This document shows positions 13,695 to 21,274 of a DNA stretch of 37,056 nucleotides, one piece after another. Source of the DNA: a virus. Below the pieces are notes generated by a model, which was not told the DNA's origin, ran no database searches, and was given only the letters and a program-made list of their open reading frames with translations. The number at the start of each line of letters is the position of its first letter. Position 1 is the stretch's first letter. The position numbers and the translations under genes were made by a program. Location: IMG/VR virus record IMGVR_UViG_3300042731_004196, positions 1 to 37,056 of that record, one strand, 5' to 3'.

Positions 13695-13857
13695 CCCCGA
13701 GCAGAGCCGGCGCACGGGCGCAGCTGCCCTGATGCTTGGCTCCCAGATGCAGCAGCAACAGCAGTCCTTCCAGCACCCACAGCCCGCGCCCCGGTATTAT
13801 CCGCGCAACACGCAGTGCTACCGGGTCGGCCACATGATCCAATGCCAGAGCTACTAG
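13627..13857 (+). CDS. Small lipoprotein (76 aa precursor; lipobox LVGC); in-frame alternative start at 13495 from the duplicated copy
   Basis: MKHIIIAPLTLALALALVG|C is a signal peptide plus lipobox. SD GGAGATAGAG. Gln-rich mature part with two C-terminal Cys. Confidence 0.7.
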   Translation: MKHIIIAPLTLALALALVGCETTPEQSRRTGAAALMLGSQMQQQQQSFQHPQPAPRYYPRNTQCYRVGHMIQCQSY

Positions 13858-13865
13858 GAGATAGA

Positions 13866-14069
13866 GTGAAAAAGTTCACCGCGCTCATCGACGGATACCC
13901 TGTCCGCTCCTACCTCGCGAGGTCACCAGGCGATGTCTATGCCTACGCCAGAAAATCTTTCGGGCCAGAAGGGCTCACTGTCCAGCAGGGAACAGGTTCT
14001 ACGCGCGATTGCCTGCGGGTGGAATACCCGGCAGAGGCCGGAGGGCCGCCTCGGTTGGCCAACACGTAA
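13866..14069 (+). CDS. Hypothetical protein (67 aa)
   Basis: GTG 13866 is preceded by GGAGATAGA, the same SD as the lipoprotein gene. It overlaps the 13933 ORF in another frame. Confidence 0.4.
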   Translation: MKKFTALIDGYPVRSYLARSPGDVYAYARKSFGPEGLTVQQGTGSTRDCLRVEYPAEAGGPPRLANT

Positions 14070-14145
14070 AGCCAATATCGCGCTCAGTGGGCTGCGCAAG
14101 CGGCGAAAGGCTCAGTGTCATGACGGTTGCTGGATCCTGCGGTGA
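13933..14145 (+). CDS. Hypothetical protein (70 aa), winged-helix-like C-terminal half
   Basis: REQVLRAIACG...GWPTRKANIALSGLRKR...GCWIL resembles a wHTH. Its TGA (14143-14145) overlaps an in-frame GTG 14142 of the polymerase part (GTGA). Confidence 0.35.
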   Translation: MSMPTPENLSGQKGSLSSREQVLRAIACGWNTRQRPEGRLGWPTRKANIALSGLRKRRKAQCHDGCWILR

Positions 14146-15260
14146 CCCCCGAGTGCCGGAAAGCCCTGCAGCTGCGCCTCGCCTATGCGCAATCTGCCAC
14201 CAAGAAGTTCCACGCCATCGACCGTCTGCAGCACAACGGGCGGGTCTACGAGACCCTGCAAGCCTGGGGCGCGAGCCGCACGGGCCGATGGGGCGGACGG
14301 GGGCTCCAGGTCCAGAACCTCAAGCGGCCCACCCGCGGGGTCGGGGACCCCGATCGTGCCGCCCAGACGCTCGCAGAAGACCCTGACCTGTTCGCCCGCC
14401 TCTACACACTGGAAGACCTCGGGAGCCTCGTCAGGAGTGCCATACGGGCTCCGGACGACTATAGCCTCGTGGTCTCCGACCTGTCCTCGATCGAGCCCCG
14501 CGTGCTGGGGTGGCTGACCGGCTGCGTCTGGATCAACGAGGTATTCGCCCGCGGCAAGGACACCTACAAGGCCTTCGCGGAAATGTGGCTGCGGGCGCCT
14601 TACGACGACGTGGACAAGCCAACCCGCGACCTGTGCAAGGGCCCATTCCTCGGGTTTGGCTACGGCATTGGGGCTGGCGGGCTGAAGACCTATGCGGAAG
14701 GCATGGGCGTGGAGATGTCCGAGGACCAGTGCGAGAGTGCCATCAAAACCGTGCGCAAGGTCTGCTACGAAGTGCCCCGGTTTTGGATGCAGATCGAAGG
14801 CTGCTTCCGCCTGACCGCACAGACGGGGGTGCCCACAGGCGACGGGCTAGGACTCCCTATACAGATGGAAGGGCGGTTCCTGACCATCCGCCTGCCGAGC
14901 GGACGCAAGCTGTACTACGACGCCCCGGAGGATGACCCCGAGGAAGGGCTGTCCTACATGGGGCAGAACCAGTACACCAACAAGTGGGAGCGGATTCGGA
15001 CGTATGGCGCGCGGTTGACGGAAAACCTCTGCCAGGCAATCGCTCGGGACGTCCTGGTCGAGGGGTTGTATCGCTATGCGGGCATCGGGGGCACTCTTAT
15101 CACGCATATCCACGATGAGGCGGTTGCGGTGGAAATCGAATGGGCTGCAGAAGACCGGCTCGCAGAGATGAACAGGTGCCTGTCGGAGCCCGTCCCCTGG
15201 GCTCCCGGCCTCCTGCTCGGAAGCTCGGGATACATCTCCAAGCGGTATCGGAAAGACTAG
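14127..15260 (+). CDS. Family-A DNA polymerase, polymerase domain (split gene, part 2)
   Basis: RTGRWGGRGLQVQNLKRP, motif A VVSDLSSIEPRVLGW, motif B KGPFLGFGYGIG, motif C HIHDEAVAV. Start is TTG 14127 or GTG 14142. Confidence 0.88.
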   Translation: MLDPAVTPECRKALQLRLAYAQSATKKFHAIDRLQHNGRVYETLQAWGASRTGRWGGRGLQVQNLKRPTRGVGDPDRAAQTLAEDPDLFARLYTLEDLGSLVRSAIRAPDDYSLVVSDLSSIEPRVLGWLTGCVWINEVFARGKDTYKAFAEMWLRAPYDDVDKPTRDLCKGPFLGFGYGIGAGGLKTYAEGMGVEMSEDQCESAIKTVRKVCYEVPRFWMQIEGCFRLTAQTGVPTGDGLGLPIQMEGRFLTIRLPSGRKLYYDAPEDDPEEGLSYMGQNQYTNKWERIRTYGARLTENLCQAIARDVLVEGLYRYAGIGGTLITHIHDEAVAVEIEWAAEDRLAEMNRCLSEPVPWAPGLLLGSSGYISKRYRKD

Positions 15261-15427
15261 TCCGTCAGGGCCTTAAGCCGCCTCGCGGACTCCAGCTCGA
15301 CTAGGTGCTCCAGCTGCGCGGAGACCGCGCGCCGGTCATCCTCGGCCATCTGGCGCAATTTCTCCCGGGTGCGGTGCCCCACCTTGAGGACCATCTGGAC
15401 CTTGGCAGGCTTTTCTAAGTTGCTCAT
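15257..15427 (-). CDS. Ribbon-helix-helix protein (56 aa) antisense to the replication operon
   Basis: KVQMVLKVGHRTREKLRQMAEDDRRAVSAQLEHLV fits an RHH pattern. Its stop and the polymerase stop overlap in CTAG (15257-15260). Confidence 0.6.
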   Translation of the reverse strand: MSNLEKPAKVQMVLKVGHRTREKLRQMAEDDRRAVSAQLEHLVELESARRLKALTD

Positions 15428-15456
15428 AGTGGCGTTCTCGGTTAACGTTGGGTGAA

Positions 15457-15552
15457 CACAAGATAACAGAAGAGACGGGAGAATCCAACGTGGCACAAGA
15501 TAACGGTATGGGCTTGCCGGCCAGCCACAGTTTTATTGAGATTGAGATTGAC
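15457..15552. promoter_or_regulatory. Direct repeats CACAAGATAAC x2 (15457-15467, 15494-15504) and ATTGAG x3 (15535-15552) in the RHH / VRR-NUC intergenic region
   Basis: Direct reading. Located between the divergent RHH gene and the VRR-NUC gene. Confidence 0.4.
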
Positions 15553-15566
15553 GGGGAAAACAACTG

Positions 15567-15851
15567 ATGCTCGAAAAAGACATTGAGGCGAAAGCCTGCC
15601 AGGCGGCCAAAAACCTCGGCTGGCTGGTCTACAAGTTCGCGAGCCCCGCGCGGCGCTCGGTGCCAGACCGCATGTTCATCAAACGCGGGCGGGTAGTGTT
15701 CATCGAGTTCAAACGCCCCGGGGGCAAGCTGACCAGAGGGCAGGAGCGGGAGGGCGACAGGATACGCCAGGCGGGCCTCCCGGTTTACGTCTGCGATTCC
15801 GCAGCCTCCGCGCAGCAAATCCTAGCCTTTTGGGCGCCCTCAGATGACTAA
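15567..15851 (+). CDS. VRR-NUC domain nuclease (94 aa)
   Basis: PDRMFI...VVFIEFKRPGGKLTRGQ is a PD-(D/E)xK signature typical of VRR-NUC. Synteny with the SNF2 helicase. Confidence 0.82.
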   Translation: MLEKDIEAKACQAAKNLGWLVYKFASPARRSVPDRMFIKRGRVVFIEFKRPGGKLTRGQEREGDRIRQAGLPVYVCDSAASAQQILAFWAPSDD

Positions 15852-15890
15852 GAAAAGGCGTGCGCTATACAGGCATTGGACCTTTAATGG

Positions 15891-17315
15891 ATGAAACGCT
15901 CAGACCTCTACCCTTACCAAGAGAAAGCCATCCAGCACATACTGGACCGCCCGAACGCGATGCTGTGGGAGGATGTCGGGCTCGGGAAGACTGCTCAAGC
16001 ACTCACCGCAATCTGCGAGCTGCAGGACCGCTTGCTGATCCCCGCAGCCCTGGTCATCGCGCCCAAGCGCATCATCCAGGCAGTCTGGCGGCAGGAGGCG
16101 GTGAAGTGGGAGCACACTCGCCACTTGCGCTTCAGCCTTGTGCACGGGTCAGCCGCTCGCCGTCTTGCTGCCTTGCGCCGGCGGGCGGACATCTACCTGG
16201 TCAACTACGAGAACCTGCCCTGGCTGGCGACCCAGATCAAGCACCTCTGGCTGCGCAAGGGGCACTATCCGCCCTTCCAGATGGTCATCTACGATGAGGT
16301 AACCAAGCTGAAGAACAGCCAGTCCAAGCGGGCGAAGGCGTGGGGGAAGATCCTCCCCTATTTCTCCCGCCGGGTCGGGCTCACGGGCGAGCCTGCGGCC
16401 AACGGTTACAAGGACCTGTTCGGGCAGTTCTTCGCCGTCGACGCCGGCCAGCGGTTGGGCACCAGTCTCACCGCATACCGGGAGGCGTTTCTCAAGCCTC
16501 TGGGGTACAACCAGTTCGGGTGGGCAGTGACCAAGGCAGGGCAGGAGCAAATCCACCGTCGCATCTCAGATATCACGTTAGAGCTGTCGGCCAAGGACTA
16601 CCTCGACCTACCCCCCGTCGTGAACAATCTCGTCTGGGTCGAACTGCCCTTGAAAGCCAGGGCGATCTACGACAAGCTGGAGCGGGAGTTCTTCGCAGAG
16701 CTTGACTCGGGCGCGGAGCTTGAGGCGGTCAACGAGGCCAGCAAGCTCAACAAGCTGCTGCAGATATGCGGGGGTGCGGCGTACCTCGCGGACGGGCACC
16801 ACTGGGAGGAGATCCACCGCGAGAAGATCCACGCCCTCGTAGACCTCGTAGATGAGGCAGGCGGGCGCCCGCAGCTCCTGGGGTACGCCTACGTCCACGA
16901 AGCAAAGCGGATCGCTCAAGCGTTCCCCGAGGACCCCCAGAGGCACGAGGGCGCGACCTTCCTGTCCAGCCAGCTCGGGGAGCGGGGGCTGTCAGACGTG
17001 CTACGCCGGTGGGAGCACGACGAGATCCCTCTCCTGTGCGGCCACCCGGCTTCAATGGGGCACGGCCTTAACCTCCAGGGAGCGTCCGCCTGCAGCGTCA
17101 TCTGGTTCAGCTTGCCGTGGTCGTTGGAGCTTTACAAGCAGATGAACGGGCGCCTCTTCGGCGGGCACCGGCGGCAGGGGACCTCGGTCGTCCACCACAT
17201 CCTTGCAAGGGGCACGGTGGACGAGGTGGTCTGGGCCGCGCTCCTGACCAATAGCGCCACCCAGGCCGGATTGAAAAAAGCGGTCAGCGAGTACCGCAGG
17301 AGGAAAAACCTTTAA
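15891..17315 (+). CDS. SNF2/RAD54-family (SF2) helicase, 474 aa
   Basis: YPYQEKAI, motif I DVGLGKT, motif II YDEVTKLKN, C-terminal helicase motifs GHGLNLQ. Confidence 0.9.
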   Translation: MKRSDLYPYQEKAIQHILDRPNAMLWEDVGLGKTAQALTAICELQDRLLIPAALVIAPKRIIQAVWRQEAVKWEHTRHLRFSLVHGSAARRLAALRRRADIYLVNYENLPWLATQIKHLWLRKGHYPPFQMVIYDEVTKLKNSQSKRAKAWGKILPYFSRRVGLTGEPAANGYKDLFGQFFAVDAGQRLGTSLTAYREAFLKPLGYNQFGWAVTKAGQEQIHRRISDITLELSAKDYLDLPPVVNNLVWVELPLKARAIYDKLEREFFAELDSGAELEAVNEASKLNKLLQICGGAAYLADGHHWEEIHREKIHALVDLVDEAGGRPQLLGYAYVHEAKRIAQAFPEDPQRHEGATFLSSQLGERGLSDVLRRWEHDEIPLLCGHPASMGHGLNLQGASACSVIWFSLPWSLELYKQMNGRLFGGHRRQGTSVVHHILARGTVDEVVWAALLTNSATQAGLKKAVSEYRRRKNL

Positions 17316-19363
17316 TCGGGGCGACCCTCTCCTGTCCCCATAGCGCCATGCGCGCCCAAAGTCGTCAGCAGCATTGACGTTTGCTGAATCGCGGACTGCA
17401 GGGCGTTCTTGGCCAGCGTGGATGCTTTCTCTCCTTTGGTCATGCCCTCGCGCACAAGCCTCCTGTTGCTTATGTCAAGCCCCTCGGTCAGCCATTTCAT
17501 CCCGAGCGAGGTGTCAAAAAGCTTGCTGAGTCCGCGCATCTGCGCCATGCGCCCGAGATTCGCCAACGGTCGCGCGGCAATCGCTGCGGCCACAAGCTGC
17601 CCATAGTCGTTCATGTGCCTAGCGTTCAGATCCATGACTCTAGCGAGCCGGAACATCTCAGAAGTGCGGCTTCTCCCGAACATGGCGTTCAACGTGTCCG
17701 TGTCGTACTTGCGCAAGGTCGAAAGAAACCCTCGACCAGACGACAGGAAATCGGTTACATCGTCCAACCCGCGCGCCGACTCTCTCATCAGCTTGCCCAT
17801 AAACGCGCGTTGAATCTTGGGCTTATACTCCGGCGGAATTTGACTCATGAACTTGGCGACCCGGGTCCCCGAGCGAGGGGCTACAAGGCGGTCGACTATC
17901 GCCTCGGGCTCCAAGCTCCCCACCTTCCCGGGCTCCCGCAAGATACGGTCGAAAAGCTGATCTTGCCGCCTGGTGATCTGCTTGCGGTAGATTCGATTCA
18001 GCGCCCCCGCATAAGCTCCATGCTCCGGGATGTCTTGCATGGCGTCAGATGTTGCCCGATAAAGACGGTCAATCGTTTTTTTCGCGATACCTGGGTTCAT
18101 CTCAGGCCTCGTTTGCATTGTGCGCAAACGATCCCGTAGCGCCCAGATCTGGTTCAAAGACATTTTGTCCTGGAGACCCATGAAATCTTGCAGGTGCGCA
18201 TATTCCGAGGCGCCCATCGTCATAGGCTCCTCTTGCCCTCCCTTAACGGTCGTGGGGAGACTTGTTCGGACTTCCTCAGCTATCTGCCGAATTTTATCAG
18301 TGGGGACAACTGGGACATCGGCTCCTCCGACTCGCGAGACTAAGGGGCCGTAGAGCTTACGTCCCCATTCCTTGAAACCTTCGTTGCTCGCTTGCAGTGC
18401 TTCTCGAACCGCGGCTCCCGCTTCAGCCTCGGATAGATCATCCGGCAAGTCCTTGACCAGATCCGCGACAGCTCGCTCCAGAGCCCGGATGTTCTCTCTC
18501 TTGGTTTTCGTATGCGGAAAAATGCGAGAAGCAATCCCAGACATACGGGAGGCGACAGGCACATCCGGGAGCACCTGTCCGAAAGCGGGGCGCACGCCCA
18601 TTCTCGTTGCCTCGTGCAGGACATCTGCTTGCGCGGGGGTTATATCCGCGGCGAAAGGCGCCAGGAGCCCTCCCCCCAACCTGCCGACCTGCCTGCGGGC
18701 CATCTCCCCCGGGAGGGCGTTCATCGCCCCCTCGTAGGCGAGGTCTAGTCCAATATCCCTTGGTGATTGCAAGTTGCGCCCGGTGGTAGACTCCCAAGCC
18801 TCCTGTATTCCTTTTGCCCCCATTGCCCCTATCGCCGCGCCGGCGGCAGAGCCAAGAGGACCAAGCGAAAGGCCTAGAGAGGCGCCCAATACTGCGCCTG
18901 TCGTCGGGGCCGCGGCTTGCGCGGCGAACTCCTCCATGTCCGCCAGAGAAAGCCCCGCCTCATCGATGGCTACGGGGCGGTTGCCATATTGCGCCGGGTC
19001 TATCCCAAGAGCGGATAGACCCTCGGGGCGAAGAATGTATTTCCCTCTCTTATCTTGGTACCAGTTCCCTTTTCCGGCTCGCTGGTCCAGAAGCGCGGAC
19101 ACCTCTTGGGGGTTGTCCCTTATCGCCATTTCCCGACGCAGATTGTAATCCTTGACGCCCCGGAGCATGTCCGGCCCTTGCGGCCAACCTCCGAACCCGC
19201 GGTTAAGCAGCTCCCTTCCTTGGGCAGTAATCTGGGGTAAAGCGTCTTTTGCCAAGGAGAGCGCCGACCCGATTGTTTCTGCGGAGATAAGAGGGACAGG
19301 CTGCTCGGGGTACTTCCTCCAAGGACCTTCTGCCCCCTGGTATTTCTCCCACGGCTTAGGCAT
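17312..19363 (-). CDS. Large virion (internal/ejection-type) protein, 683 aa
   Basis: Last gene of the late operon, downstream of the SLT-domain protein. No catalytic motif recognised. Confidence 0.6.
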   Translation of the reverse strand: MPKPWEKYQGAEGPWRKYPEQPVPLISAETIGSALSLAKDALPQITAQGRELLNRGFGGWPQGPDMLRGVKDYNLRREMAIRDNPQEVSALLDQRAGKGNWYQDKRGKYILRPEGLSALGIDPAQYGNRPVAIDEAGLSLADMEEFAAQAAAPTTGAVLGASLGLSLGPLGSAAGAAIGAMGAKGIQEAWESTTGRNLQSPRDIGLDLAYEGAMNALPGEMARRQVGRLGGGLLAPFAADITPAQADVLHEATRMGVRPAFGQVLPDVPVASRMSGIASRIFPHTKTKRENIRALERAVADLVKDLPDDLSEAEAGAAVREALQASNEGFKEWGRKLYGPLVSRVGGADVPVVPTDKIRQIAEEVRTSLPTTVKGGQEEPMTMGASEYAHLQDFMGLQDKMSLNQIWALRDRLRTMQTRPEMNPGIAKKTIDRLYRATSDAMQDIPEHGAYAGALNRIYRKQITRRQDQLFDRILREPGKVGSLEPEAIVDRLVAPRSGTRVAKFMSQIPPEYKPKIQRAFMGKLMRESARGLDDVTDFLSSGRGFLSTLRKYDTDTLNAMFGRSRTSEMFRLARVMDLNARHMNDYGQLVAAAIAARPLANLGRMAQMRGLSKLFDTSLGMKWLTEGLDISNRRLVREGMTKGEKASTLAKNALQSAIQQTSMLLTTLGAHGAMGTGEGRPD

Positions 19364-20708
19364 CAGACTTCCTCCCAGTTATCCAGCTTTTCAGAGTTTT
19401 CTTCAGCATCTCGATCTTGCGACGTGCTACGGGCTCGGAATCCGTCCAAGGGTCCGGAAGCATTTTTAGCGCGCGTTCCTGCTCTTTCTGCCCGATGTTT
19501 CCTGAGTCTCCAAGGCCCTTCACGATTGGAGCCATCGCCCCTTTCGTGAAGTCCATATACACTTTGTACCGGGGGTCGTCTTGCGACAGCCATTGGCTGG
19601 CGGTTTCCCCCGCCCCGGCAGCCAACCCTACTACTCCGCCGCTCTTTCCCGAGAAAATTCCCGGGGCCCCTATAAACTCATTGGTCTCAGGGTCAATCTC
19701 TCCGAAAGCAAGTGTCTCCAGCTGGTCAATCAACTGCAGGGCGGTATTGGCCTTGCCTTCCATAGAACCCGTGCCTTTGCCCTTAAAGGTGCTGATCTTA
19801 TACCGCCCCACCCCTTCGGGGACCGCGGCAAACGGATCTCCTGGAGCCCGGCTCTCGTACCCGACAATCTTGCCCTGAGAGTCGCGGAGCTCGTAATCCT
19901 GAATATCTCCTCGGTTCCCGCTCGCCTGCTGTCTCAGCTTGGCCCTCTCATGCTCCAGCTTCAGAGCATTGATGCGGTTTTGCTCGTCAAGGTAGTCCAT
20001 GCGCCGCGACTCGTAAGGACCCATCTTAGTCATCCCCAAGTCCCGCGCCCGCTGCTGATCCAGCTGGCGAGAGTGCAGCGCGTTGCGTATCCACTCCTGC
20101 TGGCTCGGAGGCGCCATTTGGCTCATGACCTGCCTCAGCGCACCTGTCTGGGCACCTCCGCCTACGCCCGCGATAATGTCCCCCAGAGCCATTGCGGCAA
20201 GCCCAGGGTGGGGAGGAGGCGCCCCAGGGGCGGACAGTCCAGGGGGCAGTGCCCCCATCATCGGAGGGAGTTGCTGATTGGGAAAAGCGCTAACAGGCAT
20301 GATGCTGCCTCCTTCATAGGCCGGACCTGGGGCGATGTCGGATACCGGAATGGTAGTGCCCCCAGCCAGCCTGGACATAACTTGCTGCTCGTACTGGTCT
20401 GTCGTCGGATGTCCTGCCGGGGCAACACCTGCGCCGTAGTATTTGCGCACGCCGCCCTCCGAGAGCAGCTTCCCTGCGTAGTCGGCCTGGGCGGCGAAAG
20501 AAGACAAGGTAGCACTCGGGTGGTAGTACGGCACAATCTGAAACGGCCCAACGGCGCGCCCGCGACCACGGGAAAGCTCCGGCCCCTTCAGATTAAGGTC
20601 CGTAGACCCTCCCGATTCCTGTTGCCAGACAGAGTTCAATAACCCCGGCGGGAGGCCATACCTCTGCTCGGTCTGCTGAACGATCCAGGAGGCCTCTTGC
20701 GGTGTCAT
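19356..20708 (-). CDS. Virion protein with an N-terminal lytic transglycosylase (SLT) domain, 450 aa
   Basis: LLNSVWQQESGGS...GRAVGPFQIVPYY contains the SLT catalytic Glu-Ser and a GxxQ motif. Confidence 0.8.
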   Translation of the reverse strand: MTPQEASWIVQQTEQRYGLPPGLLNSVWQQESGGSTDLNLKGPELSRGRGRAVGPFQIVPYYHPSATLSSFAAQADYAGKLLSEGGVRKYYGAGVAPAGHPTTDQYEQQVMSRLAGGTTIPVSDIAPGPAYEGGSIMPVSAFPNQQLPPMMGALPPGLSAPGAPPPHPGLAAMALGDIIAGVGGGAQTGALRQVMSQMAPPSQQEWIRNALHSRQLDQQRARDLGMTKMGPYESRRMDYLDEQNRINALKLEHERAKLRQQASGNRGDIQDYELRDSQGKIVGYESRAPGDPFAAVPEGVGRYKISTFKGKGTGSMEGKANTALQLIDQLETLAFGEIDPETNEFIGAPGIFSGKSGGVVGLAAGAGETASQWLSQDDPRYKVYMDFTKGAMAPIVKGLGDSGNIGQKEQERALKMLPDPWTDSEPVARRKIEMLKKTLKSWITGRKSDA

Positions 20709-20711
20709 TAT

Positions 20712-21257
20712 TCAGCCTCCGCGATATCCAAACATGCTCGGCGGCTGCGGACCTCGTTGCGCGGACATATAGTTACGGTTGAACCTCGCCCCCGGGTCCT
20801 GGAACTGATCCATCCAGAAGGGCCACAGTGGGTTCACGGACTGGTCGAAATACTCGCGCGACACGTTCCCTTCACTGCCGATGTCATAGAGCCCGTACAG
20901 GCTCGGAAGCGACAATTGCTGCTGTTGCGCTTGCTGCTGTTGCGCTTGCTGCTGCTGCTCCTGCGCCCACGGGGCATAGTCGGCGGTTGAAGGCATCCTG
21001 CCCTGCTGCACCTGGTAGACCAGGTTCTTTAGAGGCAACCCTCTCGGGTCCGTGTCGGCGTGATAACCCCACCAGGGCATGTCAAACCACCCGGTCGCCC
21101 ATAGCGGTTTGCGATCCGGCGTAAAGGTCGTGACGGTCGGTGTCGGCCCCTGCCCAGGCCATTGCGTCTGCAGCGCAACCGGCTCCGGAGGCGGCTCGTA
21201 AGGATCGGCCGCAGGCGCGTCGTTGCTGTCGCTACCACCAAAAAATGCGTCAAACAT
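20712..21257 (-). CDS. Hypothetical virion protein with a QQQQA repeat (181 aa)
   Basis: Late-operon position. EQQQQAQQQQAQQQQ is encoded by a 15-bp tandem repeat. Confidence 0.65.
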   Translation of the reverse strand: MFDAFFGGSDSNDAPAADPYEPPPEPVALQTQWPGQGPTPTVTTFTPDRKPLWATGWFDMPWWGYHADTDPRGLPLKNLVYQVQQGRMPSTADYAPWAQEQQQQAQQQQAQQQQLSLPSLYGLYDIGSEGNVSREYFDQSVNPLWPFWMDQFQDPGARFNRNYMSAQRGPQPPSMFGYRGG

Positions 21258-21274
21258 GAGTCAACTCCCCATAT

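Noticed and set aside
13267-14126. Intein interrupting the polymerase
   Set aside because: The insert is out of frame and full of stops. It carries its own promoter, lacks intein block motifs, and an intein would require one continuous ORF.
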